Source: Camelus ferus (Eukaryota). Taken from it: a stretch of 64,000 nt of DNA. The DNA lies in the NCBI RefSeq assembly GCF_009834535.1, contig NC_045696.1, positions 110,176,001 to 110,240,000 of the forward strand, in the 5' to 3' direction. The translations under genes and the position numbers were made by a program. Positions 26,291 to 38,490 of the stretch are shown piece by piece (the stretch's first letter is position 1; every line of letters starts with the position of its first letter). Under the pieces are notes generated by a model. The model ran no database searches and was not told where the DNA came from. It saw only the letters and a list, made by a program, of their open reading frames with translations.

Positions 26291-29200
26291 CTTTTTTCAA
26301 TAGAAATAAAATTTATTCATGCATTTAATTTTTTTACTTGACATACAGTTGATTTATAATATTAGTTTCAGGTGTGCAATATAGTGATTAAATATTTTAT
26401 AGATTACACTCTAAAGTTATTACAAGATAATGGCTATATTTCCCTGTGCAATAAACATACCCTTGTTGATTATCTATTTTATACATAGCAGTTTTGGTCT
26501 CTTAATCCTATACCCATGTCTTGCCTCCTCACTTCCTTCTGCCCACTAGTAACCACAACTTTATTCTCTATATCTGTGAATTGATTTCTGATTTGTTATA
26601 TTCAATCTTTTGCTTCATTCTTTAGATTCCACATATAAGTGATAACAAAGTATTTATCTTTTTCTGTCTGACTTATTTCATTAAGCTGAATAATCTCTAG
26701 GTCCATCCACATTGTTGCAAATGGTGAATTCCACTTTCTATATGGCTGAATAATATTTCATTGCATAAATATATATATATACACACACATAAACACGTAC
26801 ACCACATCTGTATCCATTTGTCTGTTGATGAAAACTTATGTTGCATCCTTATCTTGGCTACTGTAAATAATACTGCTATGAGCACTGGGGTGTCTGTATC
26901 TTTTCAAATTACTGTTTTCATTTTCTTTGGATACATACCCAGGAGTGGAATTGCTAGATTATATATTAATTCCATTTTTAGTTTTTTGAGGAACCTTTAT
27001 ACTGTTTTCCGTAGTGGCTGCACAAAATTACATTCCCACCAACAGTGTAGGAGGGTTCCCTTTTCTTGACATCCTCACCAACATTTGTTATTTGCAGACT
27101 TCCTGATGATAGCCATCTGACAAGTATGATGAAGTAGTACCTCACTGTAGTTTTGATTTGCACTTCTCTAATGTGTAGAGATGTTGAGCATCTTTTCATG
27201 TGCTTTATAGCTATCTGTATGTCTTCTTTGGACGATCTGCCTATTTAAAAATTTTTTATATTGAGTTTTATGAGCTGTTTACATATTTTGGTATTAATCC
27301 CTTATTGCTCATATCATTTGCAAATATTTTCTCCTATTCAGCAGTTGTCTTTTTGTTTTGTTGCTGGTTTCCTTTGCTCTGTAAAAGCTTTAACATTTAA
27401 CTGTGTTTATTTCTGCTTTCATTTCTTTTGCCTTAGGAGACAGATCCAAAAAAAAAAATACTGTTATGATTTATGTCTGAGTGCTCTACTTATGTTCTCT
27501 TCTAGGAGTTTTATGGTTTCAGAACTTACATTCAGGACTTTAATCCATTTTGACTTTATTTTTGTACATGGTGTGAGGAAATGTTCTATCTCATTCTTTT
27601 TCCATGTAGCAGTCTAGTTTTCCCAGCACCATTTATTGAAAAGACTGTTTTTTCTCCATTCTATATTCTTGCCTCCTTTGTCATTGATTAATTGACCCTA
27701 AGTGCATCGGTTTATTTCTAGGTTCTCTATTCTGTTCCATTGATCTGTGTGTCTGTGTTTGTGCCAGAACCATACTGTTTTGATTACTGCAGCTTTGCAG
27801 TATAGACTGAGGTCAGGGAATGTGATACCTCCAGCTTTGCTCTTTTTTCCTCAAAGACTGCTTTAGCAATTCTGGGTCTTCTGTGATTCCATATATATTT
27901 TAGGATTATTTGTTCTAGTTCTGTGGAAAATGCCATGGTTGTTTTGATAGGTATTGCTTTAAATTTGCAGATTGCTTTTGATAGTCTGAACATTTTAACA
28001 CTGTTAGTTCTTCCAATCCAAGAGAACACAGTATATCTTTCCATTTTGCTGAATCATTTTAAAATTTCTTCAATGTTTTATAGTTTTCAGAGTATAGGTC
28101 TCTCACCTCTTAAGTTTATTCATATGTATTTTATTCTTTTCAATGATTTCAAACTAGATTTGAAAAATTATTTTCTCTTTCTGATATTTGATTTTTAGTG
28201 TAAAAGAAATGCAACAGATTTCTGTGTATTAATCTTGTATCTGCTACCTTGTTGAATTCATTTACTTGTTCTAGTAGTTTTTGTGTGGAGATTTCAGGGT
28301 TCTCTGTGTCATCTGCGAATAGTAACAGTTTTACTTCTTCCCTTCCAGTTTTATGATTTTCATTTCTTTTTCTTGTCTGAGTGCTATGACAAGGACTTCC
28401 AACACAGGGTTGAATAGAAGTGGCAAGGGTGAGCATCTTTGTCTTGTCCCTGATTTTAGAGGAAAGGCTTTCAGCTTTTCACCACTGAGTATGCTAGCTG
28501 CAGGTCTGTCATAAATGGCCTTTACTATGTTGAGAGATGTTCCCTCTATACCAACTTTGATGAGGGTTTTTAATCATGAATGGATGTTCAATTTTGTCAA
28601 ATGCTTTGTCTGCATCTATTGAGATGATCATGTGATTTTTATCCTTCCCCTGTTAAAGTGGCGTATCATATTGATTTGCAGATATTGAACCATCCTTGCA
28701 TCCCTGGAATAAATCCCAAGTGATCATGGTGTAAGATCCTATACATTGCTGGATTTGGTTTGCTAATATTTTATTGAGAATTTTCACATCTATATTCATC
28801 AGAGATATTGGTCTGTAAATTTCCTTTTTTCTGGTGTCTTTTTCTGGTTTTGGTAGCAAGGTAATGGTGACCTCATAAAAAGAATCTGTGGTTGTTCTAT
28901 CTTCTTCAATTTTTTGGAATTTTGAGAGGATAGTATTAGCTCTTCTTTCTATGTTTGGTAAAATTCCACTGTGATGCCATCCAGTCCTGGTTTTTTGTTT
29001 ACTGGTAATTTTTTTATTACTGATTCAATTTCAAAACTAGTAGTATTGTCTATTTCTTCCTGATTCAGTCTTGGTAGGTTGTATGTTTCTAGAAATTTGT
29101 TCATTTCTTCTAGTTTGTCCAATCTGTTGGCATATAACTGTTCATAGTATTCTCTTACAATTTTTTGTATCTCTGTGGTCTCTCTTTCATTACTTATTTT

Positions 29201-32200
29201 ATTTTGATCCTCTCTTATTTCTTCTTGATGGCTAAAGGTTTATCAATTTTGTTTATCTTTTCATAAAACCAAACCTTGGTTTCATTGATCCTTCCTTTTT
29301 TTTTTTTTAAGTCTCTATTTTATTTATTCCTCTCAGGTCTTTATTATGTCCTCATTATGCTAACTTTGGGTTTTGTTTATTCTTCATTTTCTAATTTCTT
29401 TAGATGGTAGGTTAGGTTGTTTGAGATCATTCTTATTTCTTGAGACAAGCCTTCATTGCTATAAAGTTCCCTCAAACCTGATTTTTGCTTCATCCCATAG
29501 ATTTTAGAGTGTTATGTTTCCATTTTCATTTGTCTTGAGGAACTTTTTCTTATTTCCTCTTTGCTATCTTCATTGACCCATTGGCTTTTTAGTAACATGT
29601 TGTTTATTCTCCTCATGTTTGTGCTTTTCTCATTTTTCTGAGTTCTAGTTTCATACCATTGTGATTGGAAAAAATTCTTGATACAATTCCTATGCTCTAA
29701 AATTTGTTGAGACTTTTATTGTGGCCTAGCACATGACCTATCCTGCACAACATTCCATGTGCATGAATATGTAATCTGCTTTTTTTGGATGGTAGGTTTG
29801 GTAGATATTAAGTTCAACTAGTCCATTGTATCACTTAGGACCTCTGTTGCCTTGTTGATTTTCCGACTTGATGATTTTCAATGGAGTGTTAAAGTCCCCT
29901 ATTATTATCATGTTATAGCCAAAGTCTCTATGTCTGTTAATATTTGCTACACACACACGCGCACGTGTTCCTTATTGGGTGCATATATGTTAATGAGTGT
30001 AAAATCCTCTTCTTGTATTATTAATCACTATCATTATACAATGTCCTTCTTTATCATTTGGTATAGCCTTTCTTTTAAAGTCTATTTTGTCTGATATGAG
30101 TATGGCTACCTCCACTTTCCAGTTGCACCCCTTTGCATAAAATATCTTCTTCAATCCACTCACTTTTAGTCTGTGTATATCTTTGTTCTGAAATGAATCT
30201 CTTGTAAACAGCATATAGATGGGTCTGGTTTTTAAATTCAATCAGCCACTCTATGTCTTTTGATTGGAGTATTGAATCCATTGACATTTAAAATAATTAT
30301 TGATAGATATGTACTTACTGCCATTTTATTACTTGTTTTCTGGTTGTTTTACAGTTCTGTGATTTTTTTCACTCTTCTTTTAGCTCCTTCCCTTGTGGTT
30401 GGATGGTTTTCATTAGTGGTATGCTTATTTTCCTTTCTCTCTAGTTTTCATGTTATCTATTCCAGATTTTTGATTTGTGGTTACCATGGAGTTCATATAT
30501 ATTGACCTAAAACTGTCTACTTATTTTAAACTGGTAGTCATTTAAGCTCAAACACATTCTAAAATATTTACATTTTTCACTCCCCTCTTGACATTTTCGT
30601 TTTGATGTCATATTTTACATCTTTATGTCTATCCTTTCACTGCTCATTATAGCTAGAGTTGCTTTTACAATTTTTTTCTTTTAACTTTTAAACTAGCTTA
30701 TTTAAGTGACTGGTCTCCAATCTTTACTATATATTTGTCTTTACAAGTAGGGTTTTTCCTTTCCTATAGATTCTTACTTCTTGTTACAGCCTTTTCTTTT
30801 CCACTTAAAGAAGACTTTTTAACATTTACTTTAGGGTAGGTTTAGTATTGGTTAACTTTTTTAGTCTTTGCTTGTCTGAGTTCTTTCTCTCTCCTTCAAT
30901 CTAAATAATAGTCTGCTATGAACACTGGAGAGTATGTATCTTTTCACATTAGAGTTTCCTCCAGATATATGCCCAGAAATGGGATTGCTGGATCATAGGT
31001 AAATCTATTTTCAGTTATTTAAGAAATATCCATACTGTTTTCCATAACGGCCACATCAAACTACATTTCCACCAATAGTGTAGGAGGGTTCCCTTTTCTC
31101 CACACGCTCTCCAGCATTTATCATTTGTGGACTTTTTAGTGATGGCCATTCTGACTGGTGTGAGGTGATACTCCACTGTAGTTTTGATTTGCATTTCTCT
31201 AATAATTAATGATATTGAGCATTTTTTCATGTGCCTGTTGGCCATTTGTATGTCTTCACTGGAGAAATGTTTAGGTTGTTTCATTTTTTTTAAGGAGTTC
31301 TCACTTGCTCTTTTGATTGAGACCAATTCCTCTTTCTCATTTTGCTTAATCCTCTGTCTCTATGAAATCAGGTGAAACAGTTACCTACTGAAGTCTTGAA
31401 GAGCTGTCCTTATGTGAGAACATCCCTATACAGTCTGCCTAGTGGCTTTGGTGGGAAGGCTGGATTTGACGTGAACATAAATCATGTCCTTCCTCAGGGT
31501 GTGCTGGCAGCTATCACCTAGGTAGGAGAGGGGGTTGGAGAAGGAGGGGCTAGGACCAGCACCAGGTGTGTGAGCTTGGGCTTCCTCTCTGCAGTGGCCA
31601 TCACTGTCCTGTCAGGAGCAGGAGCAAGCCCAAGTTGATGGTGTGGAAGCCCTGAGGGTTGGGTCTGAACTGGCTCTGTTCCCTTTAACTGTGAACTCTC
31701 CCACCTCCCAGCAATAGCACCTGTGCCCCAGAGGGGTGCAGTGTTGGAGCAGGAAGGGCCACACAGGCTCTCAGCATGTGACAGTTCTCAGCATGTGATG
31801 GGGCACAGGCTGTGGGGGTCCAGCAGCAGACAGAGTTCAGGGCCCCTTTCACTGCACTGCTTGTGCAAGCACCAGTTCCAGGCTGTCCCTGCCCTGCTCA
31901 GATGCTGCTTTGGACCTGAGTCACCTCTGTGTCTGACATTCAAGCTCTTTCCTTGGCCATGGCAGCCCTCACTCCAATGTGGAGCTGTGGTGTGAAGTAA
32001 GTGGTGTTGAAGCGTTCGATCAGCTCAGACTGGGGCATACACTGGGGCAGTTGCAGGGAACCAGGCAGCCACCTGTGCAATCCGCCCTCTCTGCCCTGCC
32101 TTGGGAGCAAGCAAGTGGGTGCATGCTCCTTGGAGTGCAGTTCAGGCTTCCCACAGCCTTCCTGTTAGACCCATTGTCCCTCCAACCAATAAAGGGGGTT

Positions 32201-32529
32201 TGTCTTCTCTGTGACAGACTCCTGGACTAGGGCGTCCAGCATGTGGCTCAACTTGCTCAGTCCCCAAGGGGACTCTCTATCCTTATAATCTCTCTTTCCC
32301 TCTGAGTCTCCTCCCTGGGGCACAGGTCCCAACCTGATCACTTCTCTTCCCATCCTACCCAATTCCATGTGGATCTTTCTTACAGCCTTGGTTGTGCAGG
32401 AGTCTTTCTGTCAGTTTCCTGTTAGTTTTCAGTGAGAATTACACCATTTGTAAATGTATTTTTTGATGTGTTTGTAGGGGAAGAGGTGAGTTCCATGTCC
32501 TCCTACCCGACCACCTTGATCTCCTCTCG
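26291..32529 (-). mobile_element. Full-span degraded LINE-1 (5' UTR to poly-A tail) with 15-bp TSD
   Basis: TSD CATCACAGAAGCTCT at 26276-26290 and 32530-32544. L1-type 5' end near 32520, ORF1 C-terminus ~30800-30910, ORF2 endonuclease and RT remnants ~30300-26900 (frameshifted), 3' UTR and T-rich tail on the plus strand at ~26291-26336. Confidence 0.92.
30913..31275 (-). mobile_element. Younger L1 ORF2 3' fragment nested in place of most of host ORF1
   Basis: Encodes ...[33 protein letters not shown]... (ORF2 C-terminus); no poly-A or TSD; host ORF1 sequence on both sides. Confidence 0.85.
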
Positions 32530-34449
32530 CATCACAGAAGCTCTTAATTAAGGAATATGACCCTATGTTGAGGTCCTTTCATTTTTTTTCAGAAAGAATG
32601 ACTCGTTTCTGGAGCATGAAAAAAAAAGGGGGTCTCTTCTCTACAAACTAGATCTTAAAAATTTCAAAACTAGGTCAGAAGTAGAGAGATTAGGCTTAAG
32701 CTACAGGAGACAACAAGATGCCACATTCCCCTTCCCTGGGTTATTTTGATTTTGATTTCCTAAGACACCATTTCCTAAACCTTGTTGTTTCCTCCATGTG
32801 GCAAAAGATTAAAAATCCGGCAAAATACAACTACATTTACAGTAAACTTACTGGACCTACCTAGCTTGGAAATGCAACATTCTGACTAATTGAAAATTAT
32901 GTTAGCTAAGAGTCAAGATGTCTCTCTGTATATCCAAGTATCTCCTGTATCATGTCTGCATGTGTGTGTATAGCTGTATGTGTGTATATCTGTACATTTC
33001 TTTACACACACTCAAGCATCTGGATTGCTAGCACCCACAGAATTAATAAAGAATACACAGTACTAAATAATACACTGGCCATAATTTAATTCATTCAACC
33101 AATATATACTGAATACATTTACAATCATTCAAGGATCACATCATTGTGGTTTTGGCATCTAGGACATCCCAAAGGGTGAGATCATTTCTGAAAAGTCACC
33201 CTGTAAGACATAAAAAGCCTGGTCCTGCCTTCTAAAAGTTTACAAGCCTGGCAAGGATCTGATTTAACTTTGCTATCTCAGGACTTTCAGAACATTGCAG
33301 GGACTGAACTATGATCATGACTATACTGCAGATGTGAGAAAGTGTGAATACAAAGTTGGAAAAAAAAAAGTGCCAGTACATCAACTCTGGTTGTGTTTAT
33401 TACTTATGAATCACATAAGTGATCTATAGAATAGATTTCTCTGTAAAGAGGGAAGGGGTACCTTTAAACATAATTTCATCAGTTCCATCTTCCCCTGCTT
33501 CAGTTCATCTCTGAAACCTCTACCACATGAGGTAATTTTCCATAAGAAAAATGGGTTTCCTTCTCTAACCAACCTTTATATTCATATTTGTTCCCTCCTT
33601 TTGTTTTGAAAATTATGATTCACTTCTGAGAAGCCCCCTTACACACAAAGTAGACCTTTAAAAGTGAAATGTTAAAACAACTCAAATGTTTCATGAAATG
33701 TCATTTCTGTGTGATATCCTTGTAAAGGTAGGATTCCAAAAAGAGGAGTTAGAATTGAAATTAGGTCCTTTTGACAAATCTCTTGGATCTATTTACAAGA
33801 GTGTATTTAGGAACCAACACACTGATACAGAGAATTAAGATATTAGCATCTGTCCACAAGGAGACAGTCAGGACTTATCAAGGAGTACACTTTGAATTTT
33901 AAATCCAGTGCTCACAAAGAGTTAAACACAAATTAATTTACCCCAAATAGATCTCTTAAAGGTCAGTTCATACATTTAGTTTCTTTTGCTTTGTACTATG
34001 GAATCCCTTTTGGATTGCCCAGAAGATAGAGTCGATGCCTCTTAGGTTGGCAGAGGTGATCCCTGGTTTTAAACCAAATGCCTTCTCACAGACAGCATCT
34101 TCACTGAGCAGAGCCATATAGGGTACACCGCAATGTTCTACCCTCTCATTAGCATACATTATAGCTTTCATCTGTCCCGACACAAGCAGTACAGATAGGT
34201 AAGCAGGAAGGAAAGAAAAAAGAAATGAAGGAGGGCTCTTCATCAGGCATCAAATAATTAGCAGAAATATACGACAAAGGAATGCTGTGTATGTGAAAAA
34301 ATATGCGACGTGATTCACAAAGTTGAATAAAGCAGAAGAGTCTTCCTTGACCCTCCACTGCTCTTTACACTTTCCTGGGTGGGGGTAAGGATGAGCCGAG
34401 TGCGTAGAATTAAGATCGTCCCTCCTCTGGCTGGAGTTACATGGGGGCC

Positions 34450-35560
34450 CCGTGTGCTTGGTGTAAGACTGCCTGGAGACCCAGACCCCTGGATGCTCTA
34501 ATACCCACACTGCCTGCCTCCCATCCCACTCCCATACTCATAGTCTTGGGAACATCAGGACTAATTTCATCACACCTTTTATCCCTGTTGACAACAGATA
34601 CAGTGAGCAGCCCGGGTACTTCTTATTCCTCCAATTTTTATACCCATATGGCCTCCTTCATTCCTTTTCCTGAACCTATTTCTCACCCCCTTTCTCCCAG
34701 TATCTGAAGCCCTTCTCCTGTGCTCTGTGGGACTCACAGGCAGTCGTTAGGAAGATTCCCCTCCTCTCTGAATGCTCCATCTTCCTACTTGGCCATCCCT
34801 GAGAATGCTACTCCCCTACCCCCAGGTCTCGCAAATGGTGGCAATTTTCATTAGAGGTGAGGTAGGTGTCCTATTGCTTCTCTGTACCACAGCTAGACAG
34901 TCGTCTCTCCTTTCCTCTCCCGTAACAATTCTGACTTTAACGTCACACAAATTCAGACTATACTACCTACTCCCTCATTCCAGGAAGATCCAGTTTCCTG
35001 GCTCCCTGTCCTTCTCCATCACTACTGTGGCCATGCTTCTAGGTAATTCAGTATCCACGCAGACGATCCTTCCAGTCCCTGTTCTCCACCCAAACTCCTA
35101 GAACACACACAGGTCTTACCTGAAATCCCTCCATGTTCCTCTCCACCACCACCGTCTCACCAGTTTCTCACCTCTGGTTCCCCAGCTTCAGTGGAGCTGC
35201 TGATCCTACCACTTTCACTTTCCTTCAACTCCCATCTGGCCTCACCCTTTCACCAGTTTAAACTCCACATCCAATTGTCACGTCCACTCTCCACCTGAGT
35301 GAGATCCCTCCCGCTCTCAGAGGGACCTACTCACTTGGCAAAACCACACCCTGTTCGACTTCCTCACCCCACCCGTTCACACACAGGCCCTGAGAGAAAA
35401 GACACAGAATTCTGTTAAATGCTCTCACTCTAAATCCACGATCTCCAGTGAGCCCTTTGCATGCCCCAGGGGACGGACTGAAGACCTCCAAAGTGTTGTC
35501 TCCCACCTGTCTTCTGCCATTCTTCCCTGAATCCACAGGGCTTAATAAATGTCTATAGAA
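34450..35560 (+). mobile_element. L2 LINE remnant
   Basis: Long C/T-rich diverged stretch ending in an L2-type ...CTTAATAAATGTC. Other L2 remnants at ~23540-24330, 8840-8995, 5420-5620, 6800-7020, 7450-7700 and 63200-63490. Confidence 0.55.
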
Positions 35561-36899
35561 ATGAACTGGCATTAAACAATGGAGCCAGATTTCAGACTGA
35601 AACAAATTTAATTCTGTGAAAATAAGTTTTATATGAGACTTGCTTCCAGTTTCTAAGGTGGTATACGTGTCCTGAGTTAGAATACATTTCCAAAGATTCC
35701 CCCTAGCACAAGTTCTCATAAAAGAAATAGAGGAGATTGGCAGGGTACGCTAAAGACGTAGGCTCACTAACTAACTTCCTTGTCAAACATGATTCTTTAC
35801 ACCACGGGCTCCTAGCCTCTGGCCCAAAAGAATGTCCATTGCCTGCAGACAGAAGTTTTTATTCTCTAAGGCTACAGAAAATAAAGACAATTTTAAATAA
35901 TGAAATGCTAATAGGGAATTAATAAAATCATCAAAAACTCTAAAAAGGTTTCATGGCTACTGTTTGTGCCTTGGGTCAAGAGGTTATGATTTTCCAATGT
36001 CAAAACATAATATGATGCTAGAGGGAAACATCCACGTCAGAAAAAGAAAAACTGGATTAAGGAATGACTAAGCACTAGTTTTATTTGCAAAGCTAATAAT
36101 GACTTTTTCTCCTAGAAAATGCATTCTGATTCCTCAGCACTGCCATGGAGAAGACTCAGGGTCCATGCTACCCGATTTAAATTGCAGGTGTTTAGGATAC
36201 CTAATGAATAGCTAATGAAAGAAATTACTGGTTCTTTTTAAAAATAAATGCCAAATTGTTAGCATTACTCAGTTAAATGATTCAGGAAGTCCATAAAATT
36301 GTGCCAAAATTCCTCCTTCAAAGTGAAGCACTCATTGATTTTCCCTTCAAATTTGGGTAAATGACAAATTTGAGTACAGACGCATGCAATCAGAAAATCT
36401 CCCTTAGACAGGTATGTACATACTCCATGCCAGAGAACTGCACACTTACTTGGTAACATACCACTTTGGAATTATTATAGACTTCAAGCTCCTAAGCAAC
36501 AAAGACACTCATCTGTATCCCCATCACCTCATGTCATGGTATACATACAGGTGAACTAAACTGATGTCCTGTAAAAACAATGCCCAGTCCTTTCCACCGA
36601 CTTAATGTGCTACCTTATTTAGACACTTGATCAGTCGGGCCAAGCGGGTTTTAAATAGTTAGGAGTTTTAATGAGGTATGCTCATTGTACAAGCATTTAA
36701 ATTATACAGCAAGATACCAAAACAAAAACAAAAATCACTTGAAAAAAACACTGCTAAGATTTTTATCAAATATTCCTGTGTTCACACACTTATATACAAA
36801 CAATTTTATATAAATGGATTCACATTATTTAAGTTTTTCTGTGATCATAATTATTTCAACTTACTAATCTGTCATGGATATCTCTCCATAAAAACAAAC

Positions 36900-37938
36900 A
36901 TTTTTAAAATTGAAGCATAATTTATATATTACACTAATGTTAGTTATGTTAGAATACAGTTATTTGATGCTTCTATACATTAAAAATGATCTCCACAATA
37001 AAGCAAGTTACCCTCTGTCACTATACAAAGTTACAATTTTATTGACTATATTCCCCATGCTGTACATTTCATCCCCGACTCATTTATTTTATAACTGGAA
37101 GTTTGTACCTCTTAATCTCCCTCACCTATTTCATTCATCACCCCACCTACCTCCCATCTGGCAACTAGAAGGTTAATTCTCTGTATCTATGACTGTTTTT
37201 GTTTTGTTATTTTTGTTCATTGTTTTGTTTTCTAGACTTCATATATAAGTAAAACCAATTGGTATTTATCTTTCTCTTACTTATTTCACTTAGCGTAATA
37301 TTCTCTTAGCATAATCCATCTTACGGCAAATGAAAAAAATTCCATTCTTTTTTATGGCTTAGTAACATTCGTACATATATACACACATGCACAAACATCT
37401 ATCTTTATCCATTCATCTGCTGATGGGTACTTCAGATGTTTCCATGTCTTGGCTATTGTAAATAATGCTGCTATAACACTGGGGTGCATGTATCTTTTTT
37501 AATTACTGTTTGTGATATCTTCAGATACACACCCAGGAGTGGAATTGCTGGATTATATGGTAGATCTATTTCTAGTTCTTTGAGAAACCTGCATACTGTT
37601 TTCCATAGTGGCTGCACCAATTTACATTCCCACCAACAATGCATAAGGGTTCCCTTTTCTCCACATCCTTGCCAACATACCCTTGTCTTTTGAATGATAG
37701 TCATTCTGACAGATGTGAGGTTTTGCGGTTCTGACTTGCATTTCTCTGACTGATTAGTGATGTTGAACATCTTTTCATAGGTCTGTTGGCCATCTGTATG
37801 TCTTTTTTGGAAAAATGGCTATTCAGGTCTCTGCCTGTATTTTAATAGGGTTGTTTATGTTGAGTTGTATGAGTTCTTTGTATATTTTGATAGTATAAAC
37901 TCCTTATTGGATATACATTTGGAAACATCTTCCCTGTT
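36900..37938 (-). mobile_element. Older L1 3' fragment (L1MA9-like 3' UTR)
   Basis: ORF2 C-terminus ([18 protein letters not shown]) and a 3' UTR different from the young L1 copies; subfamily is a guess. Confidence 0.85.
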
Positions 37939-38490
37939 CAATAGCCAAGACATGGAAACAACCTAAATGTCCATCGACAGATGAATGGGTATAGACATTG
38001 TGGTATATTTCTACAATGGAATACTATGCAGCCATAGAAAAGAATGTAATAATGTCATTTGCAGAAATATGGATGGGTCTGGAGATAGTCATACTAAGTG
38101 AAGTAAACCAGAAAGAGAAAGAAAAATGCCATATGATATCACTTATATGTGGAATTTTAAAAAAAAGGAAACAAGTGAACTTATTTACAAAACAGAGACA
38201 GACTAACAGACAAAGGAAACAAACTTATGGTTACCAAGGGGGAAAGGAGGTGGGTAGGGATAAATTGGAGTTTGGGATTTGCAGATACTAACTACTATGT
38301 ATAAAATAGATAAACAACAAGGTCCTTCTTACTGTATAGCACAGGGAAACACATTCAATACCTTATACTATAATGAAAAAAATATGAAAAGGAATATATA
38401 TATATGTATAACTGAGTCACTATGCTGTACATGAGAAATTAATGCAACATTGTAAATCATCTATACTTCAACAAAAAAATTTAAAAAAAT
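37939..38490 (+). mobile_element. Young L1 3' fragment abutting the older minus-strand L1
   Basis: Begins CAATAGCCAAGACATGG and ends CTATACTTCAACAAAAAAAT; same 3' UTR type as 3519-4106. Confidence 0.9.

Noticed and set aside
36900..38490. Single twin-primed (5'-inverted) L1 insertion
   Set aside because: Each half has its own, different 3' UTR and tail, so they are two separate elements.
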